This document shows, piece by piece, positions 36,665-45,037 of a DNA stretch of 64,000 nucleotides. Location of the stretch: NCBI GenBank assembly GCA_025055975.1, contig JANWWM010000028.1:36219-100218 (forward strand), read 5' to 3'. The stretch is from Chloroherpetonaceae bacterium. GTDB lineage: Bacteria; Bacteroidota; Chlorobiia; Chlorobiales; Thermochlorobacteraceae. The notes beneath the pieces are model-generated. The model saw only the letters and a list, made by a program, of their open reading frames with translations. It did not search any database and was not told where the DNA came from. The first letter of the stretch is position 1, and each line of letters starts with the position of its first letter. The translations under genes were made by a program, and so were the position numbers.

Positions 36665-37138
36665 ATGCCGCGCTACACGCCTGAGCAGTTGCGCATGCGC
36701 AATCGCTCCGTTTGGACGAAGGTGCAAATCGTTCTCGCGCCCATCCAATTCGTCGTTTTCATCGTTGGCTTCGTTCTCACCTATCTCTACTACGTCGGAG
36801 AAATTCATGACTTTTCCGTCGTTACTTACGCCATCGTCGTCAAAACGCTCTTCATCGTCGTGCTATTCGTAACGGGCGCGTTTTTCGAGAAGGAAATTTT
36901 CGGCAAGTGGGTCTATGCGCCCGAATTCTTTTGGGAAGACGTGGGAAGCACGATTGCGGTATCGATTCATTTCCTTTACTTCATTCTCGCCGCGTTCAGA
37001 GCGTCCACCGAAGCGTTGATTTGGTGCGCCTTCGCGGCGTATTTCAGTTACGTGGTCAATGCCGCGCAATACTTGATTCGCCTTTGGCTCGAAAAGCGCA
37101 ACGAAAAACGCTTGAAAGCCCAAGGCATCGCCGTTTGA
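36665..37138 (+). CDS. bchF: 2-vinyl bacteriochlorophyllide hydratase
   Basis: 157 aa small membrane protein. The N-terminus MPRYTPEQLRMRNRSVWTKVQIVLAPIQFVVF matches the BchF family as I remember it. It lies directly upstream of bchC-bchX. Confidence 0.88.
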   Translation: MPRYTPEQLRMRNRSVWTKVQIVLAPIQFVVFIVGFVLTYLYYVGEIHDFSVVTYAIVVKTLFIVVLFVTGAFFEKEIFGKWVYAPEFFWEDVGSTIAVSIHFLYFILAAFRASTEALIWCAFAAYFSYVVNAAQYLIRLWLEKRNEKRLKAQGIAV

Positions 37139-37205
37139 CAAACGACGAGAACAAGGCTTGTCTCCCAAGTCCTTGCCTCTCGGTCTCAACTTCGTAGCGG
37201 TAACA

Positions 37206-38171
37206 ATGAAGTCCAAAGCCGTCGTGTTCTACGCGCCCGAACAGTTGGAACTGCGCGACGTGGAGTTGCGCGAACTAGGTCCGGACGACGTGTTGATAGA
37301 AACCTATTGGACGAGCATCAGCGCGGGAACGGAGAAGATGCTCTTTCAGGGCAAGCTGCCGCCGATGCAGATGACTTCGTATCCCGTGATTCCGGGCTAC
37401 GAGACGGTCGGGAAAATCATTCAGAAGGGCGAGAACGTGCCCGAATCCGCGCTTGGGTCTTTCGTGTATGTGTCGGGTTCGCTCGGCTATGTTGGCGTGA
37501 ATGCCGCTTGGGGCGGCGCGTCGGCTTACATCGTCTCGCCTTATCACAAGACGATTCGCGTCGATGCGATGACCGACCTTTCGCTTGGGCTTGCCTTGCC
37601 GCTGGGCGCGACGGCGCTGCACGCCGTTGACCTCGCCGAAGTCTCGCGCAAAAAAGTTCTCGTGTTGGGACAAGGGGCGGTCGGGTTGCTCGTCGCCGAA
37701 ATCGCCAAGCATTTCGGCGCGGAACTCGTCGTCGCCACCGACCTCAACGCCGAGCGTTTGGCGCATTCGAGCGCGAACATTCGCGTCAAAGTCGATGAAC
37801 ATAACCTCGTCGACGCGCTCGCGGGAATGCTCTGCGACGTGGCGATTGATTGCACAGGCTCGATGAAAGCCATCGAGCACAGTTTCGCGCATCTGGCGAT
37901 GAACGCCAAAGTGATTTTGGCGGGCTTCTATCAGCGCATCGATTTGCCGTATCACGTCGCGTTTATGAAGGAACTGACGTTCGTCGCCGCAAAGCAATGG
38001 CGGCTCGGCGACTTGGAGCGCGTGCGCGACCTCATCGCGCGCGACAAAATCAACGCGAAAAAAATTTTCACGCATCGCAGCTCCGCTTACAACGGCATCC
38101 ACGAAGCCTATCGCGTCGCGTTCAACGACGCCAGTTGCTTGAAAATGGTCTTGAACTGGAAAGAAGATTAG
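37206..38171 (+). CDS. bchC: bacteriochlorophyllide a dehydrogenase (3-hydroxyethyl bacteriochlorophyllide dehydrogenase), MDR/Zn-ADH fold
   Basis: Start at MKSKAVVFYAPEQLELRDVEL, an internal ATG of ORF 37158..38171. Blocks ISAGTEKMLFQG, PVIPGYETVGKI and the Rossmann motif VLVLGQGAVGLLVAEIAKHFGA. Position between bchF and bchX. Confidence 0.85.
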   Translation: MKSKAVVFYAPEQLELRDVELRELGPDDVLIETYWTSISAGTEKMLFQGKLPPMQMTSYPVIPGYETVGKIIQKGENVPESALGSFVYVSGSLGYVGVNAAWGGASAYIVSPYHKTIRVDAMTDLSLGLALPLGATALHAVDLAEVSRKKVLVLGQGAVGLLVAEIAKHFGAELVVATDLNAERLAHSSANIRVKVDEHNLVDALAGMLCDVAIDCTGSMKAIEHSFAHLAMNAKVILAGFYQRIDLPYHVAFMKELTFVAAKQWRLGDLERVRDLIARDKINAKKIFTHRSSAYNGIHEAYRVAFNDASCLKMVLNWKED

Positions 38172-38173
38172 AT

Positions 38174-39499
38174 ATGCCTCGCACCATCGCAATCTACGGC
38201 AAGGGCGGCATCGGAAAGAGTTTCATCACGACGAACATGACCGCCACGTTCGCCTCTATGGGCAAGCGCGTTCTGCAACTTGGCTGCGACCCCAAACACG
38301 ACAGCACCACGACGCTCTTCGGCGGTTTGTCTCTTCCGACCGTTACGGAAGTCTTCGGCGAAAAGACCGCCAAAAACGAGAAGGTTCAGGTTGAAGACAT
38401 CGTGTTCAAGAAAACCTTTCCCGACATTTCGGGCGAGATTTTCGGCATTGAGCTTGGCGGACCCGAAGTCGGTCGCGGGTGCGGCGGCAGGGGCATCATT
38501 TCGGGCTTCGATGTGCTCGAGAAGTTGGGTCTCTTCAAGTGGGATTTGGACGTCGTGTTGATGGATTTTCTCGGCGACGTCGTCTGCGGCGGATTCGCCA
38601 CGCCGCTCGCGCGCTCGTTGTGCGAAGAAGTTATCCTCGTCGTCTCCAACGACCGCCAATCGATTTTCGCGGCGAACAACATCTGCGTCGCCAACAACTA
38701 CTTCAAAACCGTCGGCGGCAGTTCGCGCCTCTTGGGCTTGATTGTCAACCGCGACGACGGCAGCGGCATCGCGGAACGCTACGCCGAAGCGGCTGGCATC
38801 AACGTCCTTATGACGCTCCCTTACGACTCCGAAGCGCGCGACAAAGCCGATAGTTTCGACTTAGCCATTCGCTTGCCAAACATAAAGGCGAAATTCGACG
38901 CGCTTTGCTCGAAAATTTGGAACCGCGAAATCCCCTACTGCGAAGCGCGAGGACTGAACTACGACGAATTTATGCGGCTTTTCGGCGAGGTCGATTCGCG
39001 CAAGCCCGAACCCGCTCGTCTTTCCGACCTTCGCCTCGAAAAAAATCTCGACCTCGATGGCAACGCCATCTTGAAGGAAAAGTTGGAAAAAGAAGCCTTC
39101 ATCGCCAATGGCTTTCAAAAGCCGATTCAAATCGCCTTGCCGAGCGAGACCAACGCGCTGGGCGACAAAGTCGCCATCGGCTCAAACGCCGATTCCCTTC
39201 CCGAACACGACGAGTTCATCAAAAAAGAACGCAAACCCTTGATGGCGGCAAAACGCTACGGCGAGATTCGCAAAGCCGAAAAAAACGCGCCGAATCGCGT
39301 CAAGACCGACCACGAGCGTCTGCTCGACTGCATCGCCAAACTGCCTCGCATCGAGCGCGAACTCATTACGCTCTCCGAAATCAAAAAGAAATCGCCCGAT
39401 GAAATCGCCATCGAAAAACAATTGGACAGAGCGGAAGTTTTGGAGCGTTTGGCTTCGGCGCGCGCGCGTTTGAAGGAACTCTTCTTTCAACCCGAATGA
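38174..39499 (+). CDS. bchX: chlorophyllide a reductase iron-protein subunit X (NifH/BchL-like ATPase) with an unusual ~165-aa C-terminal extension
   Basis: Start at MPRTIAIYGKGGIGKS (ATG 38174, in frame with ORF 37850..39499). P-loop at aa 9-16. Cluster-ligand Cys residues in GRGCGGRGI and DVVCGGFATP. The NifH-like core ends near aa 270; the frame continues uninterrupted to aa 441. Confidence 0.85.
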   Translation: MPRTIAIYGKGGIGKSFITTNMTATFASMGKRVLQLGCDPKHDSTTTLFGGLSLPTVTEVFGEKTAKNEKVQVEDIVFKKTFPDISGEIFGIELGGPEVGRGCGGRGIISGFDVLEKLGLFKWDLDVVLMDFLGDVVCGGFATPLARSLCEEVILVVSNDRQSIFAANNICVANNYFKTVGGSSRLLGLIVNRDDGSGIAERYAEAAGINVLMTLPYDSEARDKADSFDLAIRLPNIKAKFDALCSKIWNREIPYCEARGLNYDEFMRLFGEVDSRKPEPARLSDLRLEKNLDLDGNAILKEKLEKEAFIANGFQKPIQIALPSETNALGDKVAIGSNADSLPEHDEFIKKERKPLMAAKRYGEIRKAEKNAPNRVKTDHERLLDCIAKLPRIERELITLSEIKKKSPDEIAIEKQLDRAEVLERLASARARLKELFFQPE

Positions 39500-39639
39500 G
39501 CGGATTTTCGCTCGGAACGAGCCTGCCCATTTTCGAAGCGTCGTTGGCGAAACGCTCGTCGCGTCGCAAATTTGCGCCTTTATGTTGGCATAACGCCATC
39601 GACGCAACCGTTTAACGAGCGAACATCGTCCCCGAATTT

Positions 39640-40398
39640 ATGCCGAAGCCAACCAATCCCGACGAGATGGGATTTCTCGATCACCTCGACGAGCTGCGGA
39701 TGCGGCTCGTCAGAGGGCTTTTGGGCGTGCTCGTCGCCGTCGTGATTTGCGCCTTCTTTGCGGATTTCATCGTCAACGAGATTCTCATCGCCCCGCTTCT
39801 GAACAGCGGCTCGAACGTCAAACTGCAAAATCTCGTGCCCTACGGGCAACTGACGCTCTATGTGCAAGCGATTCTTTTTTCCGCCGTCATTTTGGCGTTT
39901 CCGTTCGTGGCGCATCAATTGTGGCAATTCATTTTGCCCGGACTTTTGCCCAAAGAGCGTCAAGCGGCGCGTTTCATCGTGCTGTTCGTGAGCGTTTGTT
40001 TCTTTTCGGGCGTGGCGTTCGCCTATTTCGTCGTGATTCCCTTCTCGCTCAAATTCTTTGCGAACTTTGGCTCGCCCAACATCGAAAACAACATCGCCGT
40101 AACCGATTACGCGAGTTTCTTTTTGGGAATGATCTTCACGACGGGATTCATCTTCGAACTGCCTTTCGTCGTCTATTTGCTCTCGAACATTGGCTTGCTC
40201 ACGCCGCCGTTTATGCGGCATTATCGCAAATACGCCATCGTTGGCATCGTCGTTTTGGCGGCGATTCTTACGCCATCGACCGACGCGCTGACGATGCTTC
40301 TTTTCGCGCTCCCGATGATCATCCTCTATGAAATCAGCATTTTCATTTCCGCCGCCGTTCAAAAGCGGCGCGAGCGCGAAGAGCGCGAGTCGCAATGA
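39640..40398 (+). CDS. tatC: twin-arginine translocase subunit TatC
   Basis: 252 aa with 6 TM helices. N-terminal MGFLDHLDELRMRLV and HQLWQFILPGL blocks. Confidence 0.93.
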   Translation: MPKPTNPDEMGFLDHLDELRMRLVRGLLGVLVAVVICAFFADFIVNEILIAPLLNSGSNVKLQNLVPYGQLTLYVQAILFSAVILAFPFVAHQLWQFILPGLLPKERQAARFIVLFVSVCFFSGVAFAYFVVIPFSLKFFANFGSPNIENNIAVTDYASFFLGMIFTTGFIFELPFVVYLLSNIGLLTPPFMRHYRKYAIVGIVVLAAILTPSTDALTMLLFALPMIILYEISIFISAAVQKRREREERESQ

Positions 40399-40528
40399 CG
40401 GCAAAACCTTGAACAAGTCGGAAACTGTCTGAACGACGCGAAGCGGAACGACAGGACCCAACCTCATCCCCGATTCCAGCAAGTCGGAATCGTTTCCCTC
40501 TCCTTAACAAGAGGGTCATGGGCAAGGT

Positions 40529-40554
40529 GGATTCCTCGCTACGCTCGGAATGAC
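40529..40554 (-). repeat. dispersed intergenic repeat, reverse orientation (left arm of composite element)
   Basis: ggattcctcgctacgctcggaatgac. Confidence 0.85.
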
Positions 40555-40604
40555 AAAGCGTTTTGACGCGGAGAAAAAAGACTTTCGGATGACAGACAGA
40601 GTGC

Positions 40605-40635
40605 GTCATTCTGAACGGAGCGAAGCGAAGAATCC
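40605..40635 (+). repeat. dispersed intergenic repeat, TCTGAACGGAGCGAAG variant (right arm of composite element)
   Basis: gtcattctgaacggagcgaagcgaagaatcc, exactly 50 nt after the left arm. Confidence 0.85.
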
Positions 40636-40688
40636 ATTTCGAGAAGCGAGGAAGGATCAATTCGCGTTTGACGATTCGCAATTGTTTC

Positions 40689-40714
40689 GGATTGCTCGCT
40701 ACGCTCGGAATGAC
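40689..40714 (-). repeat. dispersed intergenic repeat, reverse orientation
   Basis: ggattgctcgctacgctcggaatgac; shares 20 identical nt with 40529..40554. Confidence 0.85.
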
Positions 40715-40761
40715 GGGCGATGTCGGCGCATGACGCGGCTTGGCGAAGTTTTGAAGCGCGA

Positions 40762-42111
40762 CTAATTCTTCTCCCGTCTGCGACTGCGCTCGGCGATTTC
40801 GCCCGCGTCCAAATCCTCGATCTTCCTGCCGCGCTCGTCGTAGATGACGCTGCGAATCATAATGCCCGCCTCGTTGAATTGATTTTCCTCTTTGCGCTTG
40901 CCGTTGGGGAAGTAGACGCGCTCGTCGCCCACTTGAAAGCCGCGTCGCCACGTTTGCGCTTTTTCCAAGAAGCCGTTGTCGTAGTAGGTGCGGCGGATTC
41001 CGTCGAGTTTGCCGTTCTCGTAATTTTCTTCGGCGGCGAGCATTCCGCTGTTGAAGTAGACTCGCTTTTGCCCCGTCAGCACGCCGTCGACCGTCGTCGC
41101 GTAAGTTTCTTTGAGCGCGCCATCGGGATAGTAACCGTAGAGTTTTACCAAGCCGACGAGCGCGTCGTTTTCGAAAGTCGCTTCGGATTCCAGCAAGCCG
41201 TATTCGTTGAAGGTTTTGACGACGCCGTGCTTCTTGCCCATTTTGTAAGGCGTTTCGGATTTGGGCTTGCCGTCGGGATAAAATTCGCGCGCAACCCCAT
41301 CGAGTATGTTGTTCTTGTAGTTCTCTTCTTTGACCAGTCGTCCGAGTTGGTCGTAGAATTTGGAAACGCCTTCGAGTTTATCGAGCAAATAGGTGCGCTC
41401 GGATTCAATCACGCCGTTGGCGTGAAAGGTTTTGCGGACTTCTGGACCAAGCGCGGGCTTGTTTTGCGCCAACGTTCGCAGGGGCGATTTGAGTTTTTTC
41501 AATTTTTTGATTTGCGCTTTGACGATGGCGATGGGCGTTGCGCCGCCCAGTTTGGTCGAGATCATTCCCGCCAATTTGCCCTGCGCGTTCAAGAGCGCGC
41601 CGCCGTTTTGATTGAAGGTGAGTTTGAAAGAGGTTTTGAGCACGCTCAGTTTGCCAATCTTTTCGGGCTTCTGCGCTTCGCCTTCGGAGTATTTGATTTC
41701 CTTGCCGTCGTTGCTGATTTCATAAACCGCTTTGCCCTTGACGACCGAGCCAACTTTGTTGAGATTGACGGGCGCAAGTCCGCTCGCATTGACGCGAATC
41801 AAGGCGACGTCGCTCGGTTCATCGGCGATGGCGACGTCAGCGGCGAAGTATTCCTTGCCCTCGTTCAATACGCCAATCCAAGTGGCTTTTTCGATCGCGC
41901 TGGCGCTCGTGGCGATAACGCCATCTTTGGAAACGACAAGACCCGTTATCGGCGTGAAGGGTTTGTTGTCGTTGTTGTAGATGAGCAGTTGAACCACGCC
42001 TTCGGCGACGTCGGAAATCGCGTTCTCGACGGCTTTGCTTTGCGCGACGGCGTTGGGCGCGACGAAAACGACGGCGACGACGAGCGCGAGAAGTTTGGAC
42101 AAACGGTTCAT
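40762..42111 (-). CDS. secreted protein: trypsin-like (S1C/HtrA-like) domain lacking catalytic His and Ser, fused to MORN-variant (YwqK-like) repeats
   Basis: 449 aa. Signal peptide MNRLSKLLALVVAVVFVAPNAVAQ. HtrA-like blocks ITGLVVSKDGVIATSASAI (expected TNxHV), SDVALIRV and NQNGGALLNAQGKLAGM (expected GNSGG). The C-terminal half carries repeated G....E..Y.nG...G units. Confidence 0.8.
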   Translation of the reverse strand: MNRLSKLLALVVAVVFVAPNAVAQSKAVENAISDVAEGVVQLLIYNNDNKPFTPITGLVVSKDGVIATSASAIEKATWIGVLNEGKEYFAADVAIADEPSDVALIRVNASGLAPVNLNKVGSVVKGKAVYEISNDGKEIKYSEGEAQKPEKIGKLSVLKTSFKLTFNQNGGALLNAQGKLAGMISTKLGGATPIAIVKAQIKKLKKLKSPLRTLAQNKPALGPEVRKTFHANGVIESERTYLLDKLEGVSKFYDQLGRLVKEENYKNNILDGVAREFYPDGKPKSETPYKMGKKHGVVKTFNEYGLLESEATFENDALVGLVKLYGYYPDGALKETYATTVDGVLTGQKRVYFNSGMLAAEENYENGKLDGIRRTYYDNGFLEKAQTWRRGFQVGDERVYFPNGKRKEENQFNEAGIMIRSVIYDERGRKIEDLDAGEIAERSRRREKN

Positions 42112-42141
42112 TTCAGTCGTGATTTGGTTTTTCCAGAAGCG

Positions 42142-42426
42142 TTAGCCGATGACTTTTGGCACTTTGAAAAATCGGTCTTGGAAGTCGGGCGCGTTTCGAA
42201 GCGCGTCGGCGGTGGCGATGGACGGCTTGACGACGTCGTCGCGTAGCGCGTTGTTTCGGTCGCTCACGTTCGCCAGAGGCTCAACGTTCGTCGTGTCAAG
42301 TTCGTTGAGTTTCTCGACATAGTTCAAAATTTGATTGAGGTCTTGGGTCATCGCTTGCTTTTCCTCTTCGCTGAACGAAAGTCGAGCGAGAACGGCGATG
42401 TATTCGACGTCTTGTTTCGAGACCAT
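42142..42426 (-). CDS. gatC: Asp-tRNA(Asn)/Glu-tRNA(Gln) amidotransferase subunit C
   Basis: 94 aa. Blocks VEYIAVLARLSFSEEEK and DTTNVEP. Confidence 0.9.
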   Translation of the reverse strand: MVSKQDVEYIAVLARLSFSEEEKQAMTQDLNQILNYVEKLNELDTTNVEPLANVSDRNNALRDDVVKPSIATADALRNAPDFQDRFFKVPKVIG

Positions 42427-42483
42427 CTCGGAATCAAAGATTGGCGATGTTTTGGTCGGAATTTAGCGCCATTCTCGCGGAGA

Positions 42484-43251
42484 TTAAAGCCGCTTCAACA
42501 CCCTTTCGGCAACGCCTCTGACGAAGTCGAGTTCGGATTTTTCTTCGCAGGTTCTGCAGACGAGTTTTTCAATTTCGCATTTGCAAGTCGCGCTCGCTTG
42601 AAACTCGGCGAACTCGCCACGTCGCTCGAACTCTTTGTGCGTTTCGTAGAGATAATCCACTTCGCCGCGAGTAAGCGGCACGACGCCGCCGAGCGTTTGC
42701 GCATAGACGAGGGTTTTGGCGGCATGCTCCAATTTTTCCGTTCTGAACAAGGCTTCGTAGACATCGCCTCCCAAAACGACGACTCCGTGATTGGCAAGCA
42801 AGATGGCGTTTGCCCATTCGGCGAAAGGCGCCAGAGAGCGCGGCACTTCGTCGGTGCTGGGCGTGGCGTATTGGGCGAGCGGCACGGGACCGATGTCTAA
42901 AATCACTTCGGGGAACACGGCAAGGTCGAGCGCTTTGCGAGCGACGGCGAAGGCGGTCGTCGCGGGCGGGTGCGCATGAACGATGCCCTTCACGTCGCTT
43001 CGCGCTTTGTAGAGATAGAGATGCATGAGGCTTTCCGTCGAGGGCGGGCGTTTTCCTTCGAGCAGTTTGCCGTTCCAATCCATCAGGCACACGTCGTCGG
43101 GCGACGCCTCGGCTTTAAGCGTGCGCGTCGCCGTGATGTAGATGCCCTCGTCGGCGCGCAGGCTTATGTTGCCGTCGTAACTGGCGACGAAGCCCATTGC
43201 GGCGCACTTGCGCGCCACGTCGGCGATGGTTTGTTGATGCTTGAAGTTCAT
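42484..43251 (-). CDS. class II aldolase/adducin-family protein with Cys-rich C-terminal tail
   Basis: Start at MNFKHQQTIADVARKCAAMGF, an internal Met of ORF 42484..43329. Blocks SYDGNISLR, PSTESLMHLYLY, GIVHAHPPATTAFA. The tail contains CKCEIEKLVCRTCEE. Confidence 0.8.
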   Translation of the reverse strand: MNFKHQQTIADVARKCAAMGFVASYDGNISLRADEGIYITATRTLKAEASPDDVCLMDWNGKLLEGKRPPSTESLMHLYLYKARSDVKGIVHAHPPATTAFAVARKALDLAVFPEVILDIGPVPLAQYATPSTDEVPRSLAPFAEWANAILLANHGVVVLGGDVYEALFRTEKLEHAAKTLVYAQTLGGVVPLTRGEVDYLYETHKEFERRGEFAEFQASATCKCEIEKLVCRTCEEKSELDFVRGVAERVLKRL

Positions 43252-43341
43252 TTTCGGCAAGCGTTCCGAGAGCGTTTCGTCAAGTTTGGGATTAAAATAT
43301 GTGTCCGACGCGCTTCGACAAGCGCTCAAACTTTCGGACGC

Positions 43342-44712
43342 TTATTGCCTCACGAGACGAATCGAGAACGCGCCGTCGGAGTGATGACGATGCGGCAGAA
43401 CTTCAATCGCGCCCGATTCGCGCACGTATTGATGTAGCGGCGGCGGCAAAATTTCGGTCGCGCTTTGGACGCGCCATTCGGGGTGCGCTTTCAGGAACGA
43501 TTCGATTTGCTGAAAATTCTCTTCGGGTTCGAGCGAGCAAGTGGCATAGACGATGACGCCATCGTCTTTGACGCACTGAACCGCGTTCTCGAGAAGTTCG
43601 CGTTGGAGTTTTTGCATCGAGACGATGTCGTTTGGCGACAGTCTCCAACGCAGTTCGGCGCGACGCGCCAAAACCCCCGTGCCCGAACAGGGCGCATCGA
43701 GCAAGACCTTGTCGTACTTTTCCGTCGGCGCGAACTTTCGCGCGTCGGCTTTGACGGTCTCGATGATGGTCGCGCCGAGCGTTTCCGCTTGCGCGCGAAT
43801 TTGTTGGAGTTTGTTGTCGTAAAGATCGACCGCCGTAACGTGCCCGTCGTTCCGCATCAGTTCGGCAAGGAAGGTGGATTTGCCTCCGGGCGCGGCGCAC
43901 ATATCCAACACGCGCTCGCCTGGACGCGGCGCGAGCAACAAGCACGCCAACCCTTGCGATTCGCTTTGCACCGAAACGAGACCCTCTTTCAGAAAGTCCT
44001 CCATATCGAAGAAGCGTTCAGGCGAGATGAAGCCAAAGACGGCGCTTTCTTGAAACGCGATGTTGCGCTGCGCCAACTTTTCGCGGAAATCGCTCACCGT
44101 CGTTTTCAGCGAGTTGATGCGGAAAGAGACTTTCGGAATTTGATTGTTGGCAGTCATTAGCTCCTGAGCCTCGCTGAAGCCGAATCTTTGCAACCATCTA
44201 TCCAACAACCACTTGGGGTGAGAGTATTGGAGCGCGACTTGGTCGGCGAACGTGCCACCCTTGACCTTGAAACTGACCGCGTCGATGTTGTTGGCGATGT
44301 TGCGCAGCACGCCATTGACCAGATTGCCGAGAAATTGATTCTTCAAGCGCTTGGCAAGCTCGACCGATTCATTGACCGCCGCCCACTTGGGCACTTTGGT
44401 GAGATAAAAGAGCTGATAGACGCCGATGCGCAAGATGTTTTTGATGTCGGCGTCCATTTTGTTGTAATCGTGTCGGTAAAATTGCTGAATGATGTAGTCG
44501 ATTTTCATCTTCTCGCGGAGCGTGCCGTAAATCATGTGCATCGCAAACGCTTTGTCCACAGGGTCGAGCTGCGAGGCGGCGAAATGCGTCGCTATCGCGG
44601 TATCGGACTTGACTCCGCCGAAATCGACTTCGCGCAATACTTTAACGGCGACCTCTCTTGCGGTCATAATGTTCGATTTTGAAGGTTCTCGCTCCCTCCG
44701 TTTCGCGCTCAT
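43342..44712 (-). CDS. rsmB: 16S rRNA (cytosine-C5)-methyltransferase RsmB/Sun type
   Basis: 456 aa. NusB-like N-terminal domain. SAM methyltransferase motifs DMCAAPGGKS, LDAPCSGTGV, YATCSLEPEEN. Confidence 0.9.
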   Translation of the reverse strand: MSAKRREREPSKSNIMTAREVAVKVLREVDFGGVKSDTAIATHFAASQLDPVDKAFAMHMIYGTLREKMKIDYIIQQFYRHDYNKMDADIKNILRIGVYQLFYLTKVPKWAAVNESVELAKRLKNQFLGNLVNGVLRNIANNIDAVSFKVKGGTFADQVALQYSHPKWLLDRWLQRFGFSEAQELMTANNQIPKVSFRINSLKTTVSDFREKLAQRNIAFQESAVFGFISPERFFDMEDFLKEGLVSVQSESQGLACLLLAPRPGERVLDMCAAPGGKSTFLAELMRNDGHVTAVDLYDNKLQQIRAQAETLGATIIETVKADARKFAPTEKYDKVLLDAPCSGTGVLARRAELRWRLSPNDIVSMQKLQRELLENAVQCVKDDGVIVYATCSLEPEENFQQIESFLKAHPEWRVQSATEILPPPLHQYVRESGAIEVLPHRHHSDGAFSIRLVRQ

Positions 44713-45014
44713 GGCGACTCGAGTAGACGAGGTTGGACGACACGAAGCCTTTTAACGCCCATCGCTTTTGAAACGCTCGAGAACGCGACAGGCAGAGCGA
44801 ATGGAATGTTTTTAGAAGCTCCCTCCAAACCGTTTTGAAAACGGGTTCGACAGCAGGCGCGATTTAGAAGCGAACTTATAAGCGTTTTTTCAAGCGTAAA
44901 AGTTCTTTTCCGCGAAGCGACAGGCGCTTTGGGCGAATTGGCGCGCATTGTCAAATAAAATTGCGTCTAACGCGCTTTTCGATGGTCGGTTGACCGAGCA
45001 AACGAGCGCAAAAC

Positions 45015-45037
45015 CTCATTCTGCGCGGAGCGAAGCG
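45015..45037 (+). repeat. dispersed intergenic repeat, diverged TCTG variant
   Basis: ctcattctgcgcggagcgaagcg. Confidence 0.55.

Noticed and set aside
40343-40951. 202-aa ORF spanning the tatC-downstream gap. Also ORF 47932..48309, containing VIPSEARNP.
   Set aside because: Both are read-through of the dispersed intergenic repeats and have no coding-like composition.
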